DNA from: Octopus bimaculoides
Lineage: Eukaryota
Assembly: GCF_001194135.2 (NCBI RefSeq)
Contig: NC_068981.1
Span: forward strand, 187,197,964 to 187,261,963
Length of the DNA: 64,000 bases
Direction: 5' to 3'
Part shown: piece after piece, positions 37,782 to 48,903 of the stretch
How positions within the stretch are numbered: the first letter of the stretch is position 1
Layout: every line of letters starts with the position of its first letter
The notes under the pieces: generated by a model
Databases searched by the model: none
What the model was told of the DNA's origin: nothing
Seen by the model: the letters and a program-made list of their open reading frames with translations, nothing else
Program-made: the position numbers and the translations under genes

Positions 37782-38092
37782 TTTTTGAAAGGAAATAATA
37801 ATTTTATCACCGATAGAATTGTTTCAGAATCGTTTGTTTATGTAGTCGGCACTTAATGTATATCGGCTGAATGGATGTCAGTGATTGGTTGAAATTACAG
37901 AAATACGACAACTTGAACATGGAATAACTTAGGGATTTCTTTTTTTTTTTTAAGAAGACTAAGAGAAAAAGATGTTTTATATGACACATTCTACCAATGT
38001 TCCAAGTTTCAAAGTGTTTCGTTAAGAAAATACTGTGGCCCCCGTTTTAAAATAGATCCATAATGACTTGATGAGAGCGGGACAGCGCAGAC

Positions 38093-38201
38093 TAGGGCGA
38101 AGGTAAAGAATGTGCACATCCGGTGTTTAGGGTTAGAATTTAGGTTTAGGGTTTTTGTTACGCCGAAAACGAGTGGTGTGCGTGTCCTTTACCTCCGCCT
38201 A
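38093..38201. repeat. Decayed small TIR element with internal TTTAGGG-like run
   Basis: TAGGGCGAAGGTAAAGAATGTGCACA versus TGTGCGTGTCCTTTACCTCCGCCTA. Confidence 0.5.
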
Positions 38202-39618
38202 ATTTAAAACCCATGTGTTTATTAAAAAAAAAAAAAAAAACCACTGCATTTTGAATAGCTGAAACAACTAGTCGGTCACAATCGGAACACTTTCGAGCTA
38301 TTTTCTATCATGGCACTTGACTGAAATGCAAGAAAATTTATTAATAAATGTGATATATCTTGTAACAGTTTATATGCAGAAACTAAGTATATTTCATAGT
38401 TTTCGTTACCATTTTACAACTTACATTCTTTTACTTTCGTTTCAAAAAGATACTAAAATAGGAAACAACCCCAAATAATTGGTTTTGTCTTAGATATAAG
38501 GCCAGCAATTTTAAGAAGTCGCAGTTAGTCGAAACTATCAAACCTTAGTACTTGAGTGCGCTTTATTATCTTTGACTGTACAGTCATCCCCCGGAGGAAT
38601 AAAAAGCAAAGTTGACCTCGGTGGTATTTGAACTCAGAACGTAAAGAGCCGGTACATGTGCTGCAAGGCATTTATACTAACGATCTAACTTTCAGATAAA
38701 TTAGAGTGAGTGAGAATGGGTCGGAGAAGAAATGAGATACGATATGAGAATTAAAGTCTTCCACAAACCCTTGGACGAAAATAACATTGCAGTAGTAACA
38801 TGTAAATAAAGGGAAAACCAATGAGAACATGATTAGAAGCTGACAGAACCCGATAAAAGTATAGATTATTGGAATTAATTAATTAAAATTAAACAATCAA
38901 TGCATTGAATATATAAGTTAAACATTATATCTATAGCTTACACACTTATTTGCATTGATTAAGGTATAATATAATTCCTACCTTCGTTAAAACTGAGTGG
39001 GAAATCGTTCACTATAGGATCACAAACCAAAACAAACGGTGAATGTGGTAAATTTTTCTCATATTTTGATGACGTAAGCATTTTGTGTGAGCAAACTTGT
39101 TCTTGTTCTGTTCTCTTCCTCGCTCTCTTCATTCTTTTGAGTCTTTTTAGAAACTCTTTCAGCAGATGCTTGATTTATATACATGAAACTGATATCTTTA
39201 TTTTTTTCTAATTTACATATAAATGGGATTTTAAATTGCTTTCAAGACAATCGAACATATTTATATTTGGTATTTTTTTTTTACATACATTAACGTTTAT
39301 GTTATGGTTTCAAATCCTGCTGAAGTCAACTTTGCCTTCCATTTTTCCAGGGTCGAAAAAAAAATCAGTCAAATAACTATAGATTTAATACTGGGTAATC
39401 TTTCAGTTTAGGGTGTTTAAAAAAGTAAATAAAAATGAAAGGGGAAATGTCAACTGTTGTACAACGTAGATTGACCTGGGCTACAAAAAGTGAACGAAAG
39501 TCTTTTTTTTTTTCTGGAACAGAATTCCTCCTTATGAATTCGTGTAAATATGACACAAATAAATTGTCCGACGTTCCAAATGGTCGCCGTAATTTTCTTT
39601 TCACCCGCATCCATATAT

Positions 39619-39798
39619 GGTAAATTTTCAGATTAACACCCGCACGATTTTCACTAGGGTGTTAGGGTCAGGGTTAGGGAATTCCGTCCCTAACCCTAAC
39701 CGTAACCCTAACTGTAACCCTAACCGTAACCGTAACCCTAAAACCCTAATCCTAACACCCTAGTGAAAGTCGTGCGGGTGTTAATCTGAAAATTTACC
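39619..39798. repeat. Palindromic mini-element with inward-facing TTAGGG-like repeats
   Basis: ~48-bp arms GGTAAATTTTCAGATTAACACCCGCACGA..CACTAGGGTGTTAGG mirrored on the right; interior TTAGGG-like then CCCTAA/CCGTAA runs. Confidence 0.75.
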
Positions 39799-40501
39799 CC
39801 ACATATTCTCCATATTTTGTGTGTGGAGGTCCTCATTTACGGGATCTACAAAGTTCTAGTGCACAATCACTTTGTGAGTGAAGATGCCGTCATTTAGGCT
39901 TCATTGTTATTTACTTTTTTAAACACTCTAAACTGAAAGATTACCTTAATATTGATATAATTTGGGCAAAACAGCTTGGTCACAGGTGTCTGGGGAGAGT
40001 TGGACATTGACCAAGCATTTGAGTTTCCTGAAGACTTCACTAAAATATGTAATATAGGGATATTCATCATCATCATTTAACGTCCGCTTTCCATGCTAGC
40101 ATGAGTTGGACGATTTGACTGAGGACTAGCGAACCAGATGGCTGCACCAGGTTCCAATCTGAACTGGTAGAGTTTCTACAGCTGGATGCCCTTCCTAATG
40201 CCAACCACTCCAAGAGTGTAGTGGGTGCTTTTACATGCCACCGGCACAGGAGCCAGTCAAGCAGCACTGGCAATGACCTCGCTCGAATGTCTTTTAACGT
40301 GCCACTGACACAAGTGCCAGTAAGGCAACGCTGGTAATGATCACACTCAAATGGTGCTATTTATGTGCTACTGGCACGGAAGCCAGACAGCTGCTCTGGC
40401 AATGATCACACTTGGACGGTGCTGTCAGCGCTCCACTGGCACAGGTGCCAGTCACTGAATTTGGTTCGATTTCAAATATATATATATATATATATATATA
40501 T

Positions 40502-41550
40502 TTGAAAGAATGAGTAGAGATGGCATTTTTGAGAGAATAATTTTTATTTTAATCTTAATAATGTTTACAGTGAGTTTTTCTAATAGAGAGGTCATAGATT
40601 TGTTGTCTATGTACCCTTACTCTCTCATATAGTCCAATGCCCATTTCACCAATGTAGCATTCTTTGCATTCGGGACATGTGGCACAGTAGATTATGTTTC
40701 TAGATTCGCAATTAATATTTGCATTTATTTTAAAGGTGTTGTTGTCTTTGAAAGTAATTTGTTCTCCTTCAATGTAACCACAAGTTCCACAGCGAGGGTC
40801 ACCACATTTCTGAATTCTCTTTGTTTTTTCTCTAGTTGTAAATCTTGCTTGGGTTAAGTGCTTTTTAGGTTGGGTACTTGACGTCTGCCATAAATTATTT
40901 TTGAATCTGTTGTTAATTTGTTCATTCTTGATGATTGTTGAAGAATTAGGAGGTGCCTTTTTGCAGTATTGATGATGTCTTGATTTCTAGGATTGTGGGT
41001 GATGACAAGTGGAATACAAATATGAATTGCAAATCCAGAAACCTAATCTACTGTACCACATGTCCTGAATGCAAAGAATATTACATTGGTGAAACGGGCA
41101 TTGGACTATATGAGAGAGTAAGGGTACATAGACAACAAATCCATGACCTCTCTATTAGAAGCAACTCACTGTAAACATTTGTAGTAACGCCTGCGCATGC
41201 GTAGTCTTACGCATGCATAAAATTAAACAAGCAAGCGTTTCCCGCTCAATTCATTCTCTTTCTCGCTGGCCAGCGGTTGAGCATGGACGTGTGTTTAAAG
41301 CTGTCCCTACATCTTTCGGTCTTATACTCGACAGCTCGTTATTCTCACCTCTAAAGATGTATAACTAAAGATTTGTATGTTTTACCAAGTAAATAAATGT
41401 TGTTTAAGTTGTTTAGTCTGGAGTTCAGCGTTCCGTCTATTTCTTTAATTTTATAGTAGAAAGTCAGGTATACAATCTAAAGATGTATAACCCACTTTCA
41501 ACTAAACATTATTTAGATTAAAATAAAGATTATCCCTCATTCTTTCAAAT
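40502..41550. mobile_element. Penelope-like element remnant (linker, Zn-binding motif, GIY-YIG endonuclease) with an inverted partial copy
   Basis: Minus strand ~41010-40502 encodes, with frameshifts, PLVITHNPRNQDII...RRQVPNLK...KCGDPRCGTCGY...CESRNIIYCATCPECKECYIGE. Plus strand ~41015-41180 encodes CKSRNLIYCTTCPECKEYYIGETG..LYERVRVH. Confidence 0.85.
41180..41502. mobile_element. ~320-bp insertion interrupting the PLE right arm; LTR-like but unclassified
   Basis: Flanked by TAAACATT at 41172-41179 and 41503-41510; homology to the left PLE arm resumes at 41503. Begins TGTAGTA and contains AATAAA. Confidence 0.45.
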
Positions 41551-42301
41551 CTAATACTGTACCAAGAAATTTCTCTTTATTATTCTACTACACCCACACA
41601 CATACACACACATATATATTAGATGGTGTAAATAATCAATGAAACCTTTAACATGAACTTATAAACCAAACCTATGATGACACGAACGAATTGAAACATT
41701 TAACTGAATCATCATAAAATTAACTTTCATTTCAATGCAATGTTGAAATCAGCCATGTTTTATAACCTGAACCGTCAGTGACTCAACAGGTAGTCTAGTA
41801 TATATATATATATATATATATATACATCTAAAATCCTTTGTCTCTCTAAATATTTTTTCATCACAATAAAAGACACACACAGAGGTGTGTCTGTGGTAAC
41901 TCGAGCTACTACAAATAGCAGCCAAATTTCTCTTAAAACACTCCTTTTCATCAAAAGAAAGACACAGATTTACGNNNNNNNNNNNNNNNNNNNNNNNNNN
42001 NNNNNNNNNNNNNAGTTGACGGTATATCTTTGATGTTTCATTACCTGGTAAAACTCCATCTATTTTAAACATTTTCTCATTATGCTATATCTAAGACATA
42101 AAGACTGTTCAAGAAGAGTTGCCAGCCTTAGTTATAAACCTCAAAATGTGTGACCCAACCTCGTTTTTGAGGTTATTTTTATGTAAAAAAAGAGTTGTGC
42201 AAAAAATATACTTTATTTGGTAGCCAAAAGATTACTGAATCTTTTGATAACTCATATGTCAAAATCGGCAAGCCAGTTTTTGAATCCATAATGAACATAC
42301 G

Positions 42302-42336
<35 letters not shown>

Positions 42337-42849
42337 AATGATAGATAGATACATATGCACACACACACACACACACACATACATACATCTTCAAGATTAA
42401 CCATTTAGAAATATCAAATCGCTGACATATGAAATACAAAGGTCCAGTTGTTTGTAGAGAACAAAGGATGATGAAATTAACTTTCCATGTAACACTGCTT
42501 AATACACAAACACACTGTTTCATTATTCATTAACTTTGTGATGAAGGTTTATATAAATCTTTGTATTGTCTTGGCATTTTCATTCTTGTTAGGTTAATAT
42601 TTATAGAATAATATTTTAAGTGATTTGCTTACAGTAAATAAACAAGGCATTTAGATTGTTTCAAACATAGTTATGCTATATAAAAATGTTTCCAGCTGTC
42701 CTGTCAGATTGTATATGATTAAATAACAAATGAAGTTAGTTTCAACTCAGAAATGTGAAAAATAAAGGTTAATTTGGCCAAGATAAGATTCTTATTTTGT
42801 ATTTAATTAATATCTTCATTAGATAATTAATAAACACAGCCTAAAACTC

Positions 42850-43045
42850 AAAAGAGCTGATGTCAGGACTCTACATCATTCAAAAGTTCCATGCTTCTTA
42901 AAATTCACCGCCAGTACACCTGATGCGCCCTGCCTTTTTTTGTAAAGGACTCATTCACTGTTCACTTCCTATGCATATTCTATGTGCAGTTCATGCATTT
43001 TTCTGACAAGTTGTAGTGCACCTGAGCACTGTATAAGTTAATATA
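42850..43045 (+). mobile_element. CR1 3' UTR fragment
   Basis: Shares CCATGCTTC..AAATTCACC..TACACCTGAT and GTTGTAGTGCACCTGAGC with the 15.6-kb copy. Confidence 0.6.
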
Positions 43046-43393
43046 TTATTTTAAGCAGAAATAAAATTTGCTTCAGTCAAGAATAAAGACAAAACTTTCT
43101 TAAGAAAGTATTTTCTTTCTCTTCTTGTTGTGGCGAGAGTCATTGACACCCCTGTGGGATTGGAAGAATGGACTAGTCGAACTCACAAGAGTAGAGTATT
43201 GGTGGAGTTGAGAGAAGTCTCAAGTAATTTGAAACATGTCGTCCCTGCTTTGTGAAACCTGCATCTCCAACTAATAGAACAATATAAAACCCCTGAAGTT
43301 GGGGGCTATAGCTATATGAAGGTTTTATCAAATTCAAGTTTGGAATCTTTAAAATATCAGAAAATCAGTTGCAGTTGCTTAAGAAAATTCAGG

Positions 43394-46300
43394 ATGGTAA
43401 CCAGCTTGGATGATGTTAAATCCTTACGTTTCTGGAGGGCAAATGTTGCTGAATTTTTGGGTTCCGCCTTATTAGTGTTTATGGGTTGTGGATCATGTAC
43501 TCAGTGGAGCAAAGAGACCACACCTTCTTTGATTGAGGTAAGCTCTATTTTAACCCATTTGTTACTATATTGTTATTAAAATTTACTCTCTTTCTTTCAG
43601 TCTATTTTGAAAATAACAAAGAATTTATTGAAATAACTTTGACATTATTAAACTCGTCTGTTGAACATAAATTAACTTGAAATGTTGATGGAAAAATCTA
43701 ATTTAGATCACTTTTATTATAGTGCTAGGGATAATCTCAGTTCAATATCAAAAACTAAAATTCACTAATAGAGAAATTTTTGCATAATCTTATGTAGCTT
43801 CTACTTTTTTCTTCTCTTTTTTTTTTTTTCAAAATTTGTTCAGTTATCTGTTTTCAATATAGGAGAATACGATTTTGGCCCCAAAATTGCGTTTTCAAAA
43901 TTTTAATTTCCCCACTTTTCACTTCAATTTCTTAATTTTTAACTTTCTACAAATTTTTTTTTTTTAATCTATGTAGAACAATACAGAGATTACGAATTTG
44001 GGATTGTTTTTTTTTTTGAATTTTTAGCAAAGAAACACTCAATACCCCTTCCCCCGCACCTCATTCACCCATCACCTTTCCATTAAAACTTCCGAATGTT
44101 TTACTTTCGTTTGATGTTTCACACATGCGTAGAATTCTACTGATATAGCAGATGTCAAAAATATCAGACCTTTACCAGAAAACCCGACATGCTAGAAACA
44201 ACAGCTAAACAACATTATTTCTGAAAAAGCTTACCCGTCATCATCATCATTGTTTAACGTCCGCTTTCCATGCTAGCATGGGTTGGACGATTTGACTGAG
44301 GACTGGCGAACCAGATGGCTGCACCAGGCTCCAATCTGATCTGGCAGAGTTTCTACAGCTGGATGCCTTTCCTAACGCCAACCACCCCGAGAGTGTAGTG
44401 GGTGCTTTTATGTGCCACTAGCATGAGGGCCAGTCTGGCGGTACTGGCAATGGCCACACCTGCACAGGAGTCAGTCTAGCGGCACTGGCAATGACCTCGC
44501 TTGAATGTTTTGTTCATGTGCCTGTAAGGTGATGCTGGTAACGATTATACTCAAATGGTGCGATTTACGTGCTGCCGGCACGGAAGCCAGACAGCTGCTC
44601 TGGCAATGATCCTGCTCGGATGGTGCTGTTGGTGCTCCACTGGCGTGGGTGCCAGTCATCGAATCTGGTTCAATTTCGATTTCGATTTCACTTGCCCCAA
44701 CAGGTCTTCACAAGAAGATAAAAAAAGCTAAAAGTGAAAAATTTGAAGTTTTTAGCTTTTTGAAAGCGGGGAGGTGATGGGTGGAGGTTGGGGAAGAGGA
44801 TTGGAGTGTTTCTTTTTGAAAAATTTGAAAATTTCTTAAAGATTTGTAATCTCTGTATTTTTCTATATGGATTGAAAAAAAAAAAAGATTTCGAAAAACG
44901 TTTAAAATTTTTAAAATGGGGTGGGGAGTTGGCGGTGGGGGGAATCAAAATTTCGGAAATCTGTTTTTTGGGAAGAATAGAATCCTAATCTCTTATGTTG
45001 AAAACATAGGAATCCAAAGAAATTTTGAAAAAAAAAAAAAAAGGGATGAGGAGCACAAATAGGCACTACTTAAATACAGAGGTCCCGATGCATCTGCGTA
45101 ACGATGTTTTTACAGTGCACACTCATTAGGGATAGGGTTTAGGGTTAGTTTTAGGGTTAGGGTTTTAGGGTTATGTGGCGGGATCTCTGTATTTAAGTAG
45201 TACCTGCAAATGTCACCTCCGACATGCTAGAAACAATAGTTAAACAACACAATTTCTGAAAAAAACTTCCTTTTAAGTTTATATCGAAGATCAGGTTTTT
45301 AAATACGTTCATCTCAAACATAGATTAAAAAAATATAAAAAAAGGTTGGCAGTGACTGAGACCTTTGGAAATATGCTGTGCGTTAGAAAACCTGGCAAGC
45401 CAAGTGAGACCATAATCCGTGGCCTTTGCCAGGGGTGTAACCAGTCCACTTATGTGTACCTTTCCTTCATTGGACTCTAAACTCTGCTTGCGAAGACCTG
45501 TTGGGGCAAGTGAAAGCGAAATCGTAATTGAACCAAATTCGATGACTGGCACCTGTGCCAGTGGAGCGCTAACAACACCGTCCGATTGTGATCATTGCCA
45601 GAGCAGCTATCTGGCTTCCGTGCTGGTGGCACGTAAATAGCACCATTTGAGTGCGATCGTTACCAGCGTCGCCTTACTGGCACTTGTACCTGTGGCACGT
45701 GGAAAGACATTCAAGCGAGGTCATTGCCAGTGCTGTTGAACTGGCTCCTGTGTAAGTGGCATGTAAAAAGTACCATTTTGAGCATGGCCATTGCCAGTAC
45801 CGCCTGACTGGCCCTTGTACCGGTGGCACGTAAAGGCACCCACTATACTCTCAGAGTGGTTGGCGTTAGGAAAGGCATCCAGCTGTAGAAACTCTGCCAG
45901 ATCAGATTGGAGCCTGGTTCGCCAGTCCTCAGTCAAATCGTCCAATCCATGCTAGCATGGAAAGTGGACGTTAAACGATGATGATGAGGATGATGAGATC
46001 AGTGATCAATTCAGTTAGTGGAACAAAAATTTTAAATGCCGTAAGAGAAGTTAATAGCTTTTGTGTTTTCTTTTTGAATAGTTAAATGTGTCTTCTCCAT
46101 TGTAATTGTTTTAGTTTCAACTAAAGATAAAACCACATTCCTGGCAAGTGCATATCTGAAATATATATTCTATGTTCTTTCTAAAAGCAACCATAAATCT
46201 ATTTCCATATGCAGTGATCTTACTAAATATATTTTCTTTTTGATTTAGGTATCATTTGGTTTCAGTTTCACAGTGGTGACTTTGGTGTGGATTTTTGGAC

Positions 46301-46920
46301 AGACCAGTGGTGCTCATTTCAACCCTTCTGTGACATTGGCTCTGATGCTAACTCGTAAGATCAGTTTTGTCCGTGCTGTATTTTACATGATATTTCAATC
46401 AGTTGGTGGAATTACAGGTGCTGCTCTTTTACTGTCAGTTCTTCCTAAAAACAAGACAGCAGATTTATGTCCCACTGTTCTGGCAGAAGATGTAAGCGTT
46501 TTCCAAGGAGTGTTAGTTGAGAGCTTCTTGGCTTTCTTCCTTGTAATGACTGTGTATGCCACATCTGACACAAGACGCACAGACCACAAAGGATCGTTCC
46601 CACTTACAATCGGCATTGTTATAATGGCTTGTATTTTAATGGGAGTAAGTATATCGTCATCATCATCATCATCATCTTACTATCACTATTGCAACCAGTA
46701 AAATAATTTTAAATTAACATTTACTCAAATTTATGTCTTTGTGACCTTGTGCCCATCTAAGTTGGTTTATTTATCATCAGCCAGATGCCCTCCCTGAGTC
46801 TAGAAGTTGGCTTGACAAGACTCCCCAATTCCCTCTGTGTTTTGCTGTATGTATACAATCAGCCAAACTCCTGTTTTCACTCCATTCTTTGATGTCATCA
46901 AATTAACCAAATGCTAATGG

Positions 46921-46958
<38 letters not shown>

Positions 46959-47974
46959 GTATTTTTATCTATTTTCAGGCTAAATTTACTGGAGCTTCAA
47001 TCAATCCTGTAAGATCCCTTGGGCCAGCTGTTGTTGGAGGAGTTTGGGAACACCATTGGGTCAGTACAGTCACTTTTATGTTATTTTAATGGGTGCAGAC
47101 AAGGGCTGNNNNNNNNNNNNNNNNNNNNNNNNNNNNNNNNNNNNNNNNNNNNNNNNNNNNNNNNNNNNNNNNNNNNNNNNNNNNNNNNNNNNNNNNNNNN
47201 NNNNNNNNNNNNNNNNNNNNNNNNNNNNNNNNNNNNNNNNNNNNNNNNNNNNNNNNNNNNNNNNNNNNNNNNNNNNNNNNNNNNNNNNNNNNNNNNNNNN
47301 NNNNNNNNNNNNNNNNNNNNNNNNNNNNNNNNNNNNNNNNNNNNNNNNNNNNNNNNNNNNNNNNNNNNNNNNNNNGGTGGATTTGGTAGACGGAAACTGA
47401 AAGAAGCCCGTCGTATATATGTATATGTATATATATGTGTGTGTGTGTGTGTGTGTCTGTATTTGTCCCTCCAACATCGCTTGACAACCGATGGTGGTGT
47501 GTTTACGTCCCTGTAACTTAGCGGTTCGGCAAAAGAGACCGATAGAATAAGTACTAGGCTTACAAAAAATAAGTCCTGGGGTTGATTTGTTCGACTAAAA
47601 GGCGGTGCTCCAGCATGGCCGCAGTCAAAAGACTGAAACAAGTAAAAGAGTAAAAGAGTGGTGCCGCAGCATGATTGCAGCTTTGAAGCAGAAACATTTT
47701 AAAGATTTAAAAATTTAATTTTTTCTCTCTCTTTTTTTTCTTTTTGGTGCAGATATACTGGCTGGGACCCATTTCTGGAGGAATTTTAGGGGGCATTCTT
47801 TATGACAATCTGTTTGCAGTGAATGCATCCCTGATGAAGGCAAAGGCTTGTTTTCTGACAAGTGATTATAATGGAGAAAGATTTCATCCACAAAAAGTGA
47901 AGATCAGAATAATGGAAGAAGAATCCATTTTCAGGGCACCACTTGCAGAACCTGAAGAATTATACATGTCCTGA
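43394..47974 (+). CDS. Aquaporin (MIP family, AQP1/AQP4-like fold), 4 exons, 280 aa (306 aa if the in-frame ATG at 43316 is used)
   Basis: Exons 43394-43537, 46249-46644, 46979-47059, 47753-47974 (TGA), all phase 0 with GT-AG. Peptides FWRANVAEFLG, SGAHFNPSVT, GASINPVRSLGPA, HWIYWLGPISGGILG. Confidence 0.95.
45060..45206. repeat. Small TIR element with internal TTAGGG-like run
   Basis: AGGCACTACTTAAATACAGAGGTCCCG (45061-45087) versus CGGGATCTCTGTATTTAAGTAGTACCT (45179-45205). Confidence 0.7.
45350..45997 (+). mobile_element. Longest copy of abundant repeat family B (RTE-type 3' UTR with GAT tail)
   Basis: Ends GTTGGCGTTAGGAAAGGCATCCAGCTGTAGAAAC...CATGCTAGCATGGAAAGTGGACGTTAAACGATGATGATG. Other copies at about 14605-15060(+), 23982-24140(-), 25318-25425(-), 28995-29228(+), 40065-40470(-), 44237-44712(-), 50070-50440(-), 53930-54180(-), 61825-62400(-). 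Confidence 0.8.
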
Positions 47975-48903
47975 CATAAGGATTAACCTTTCTGTTATTA
48001 TATTTCTAAGTAAAACACACACCTTATGAATTTCAATTAAATTCTAAAATCATCACGAATTCAGACTGGTTTCATTAAACTGTAACTATTTTATTTATCG
48101 ACATTTTAATGTGATTTCTGGAATGCAATTGAAGAAAAGTTTCTTAATCAGTTCTATTGCATAACTTTTGCCTCAAAATGACTCTAATTACAGGTAAATC
48201 ACAAGCTATCTTTTTCCTCAGTTTGTTTCCGTATTGATCACTTCAAACAAGCTTACATTTGCTTGATTTCTCCTTATCTTCTGTTGAAAAGCCCTCAAAT
48301 TCAAAATCACTGCTTGATAGCATGAAACTGTTATCCAGTTTAAAAGTTGAAAAAAAAATCACCAAAGAAAAAAATGTGGAAAAAAAAATCTCCCAAACTT
48401 CATACCACTCAGATATCACATCAAACAATGTCAGATACTGTAAATTGACTATTTACAAAGTGAAATCAAGTGTTTTCACAAATGTACTAATGAGATTTCT
48501 NNNNNNNNNNNNNNNNNNNNNNNNNNNNNNNNNNNNNNNNNNNNNNNNNNNNNNNNNNNNNNNNNNNNNNNNNNNNNNNNNNNNNNNNNNGAAATATTAC
48601 ATAGTAATTCATAAACTAGTTGATAGTTTTAATGTTTGTATGTGTGTATGTATGTGAGTTTATATCAACATTAATAATCAACTTAAAAATATATTTTTAA
48701 TTTAGTAAGAATAACCTGATTGAGTTCACATATGTATCACCTTTCAAAATAGTTGCATTGTACTAAAAAGCTCTGGCTTTAAATATTCCAAATTTTGTGT
48801 ATTTTAAACATTTTTTCTTTGTACTGTATGATGTTTAAAGCTGGTAGTGTGTATATACGTGTATGTGTGTGTAATATTATTCAGACCTGATACTGGTAAT
48901 AAC

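Noticed and set aside
39066-39080. CRE/ATF-like TGACGTAA upstream of the aquaporin
   Set aside because: A single short motif with unknown TSS; expected by chance.
45620-45830. Regularly spaced repeats resembling a CRISPR array
   Set aside because: Eukaryotic context; the whole ~65-bp unit is homologous, with no unique spacers and no cas genes.
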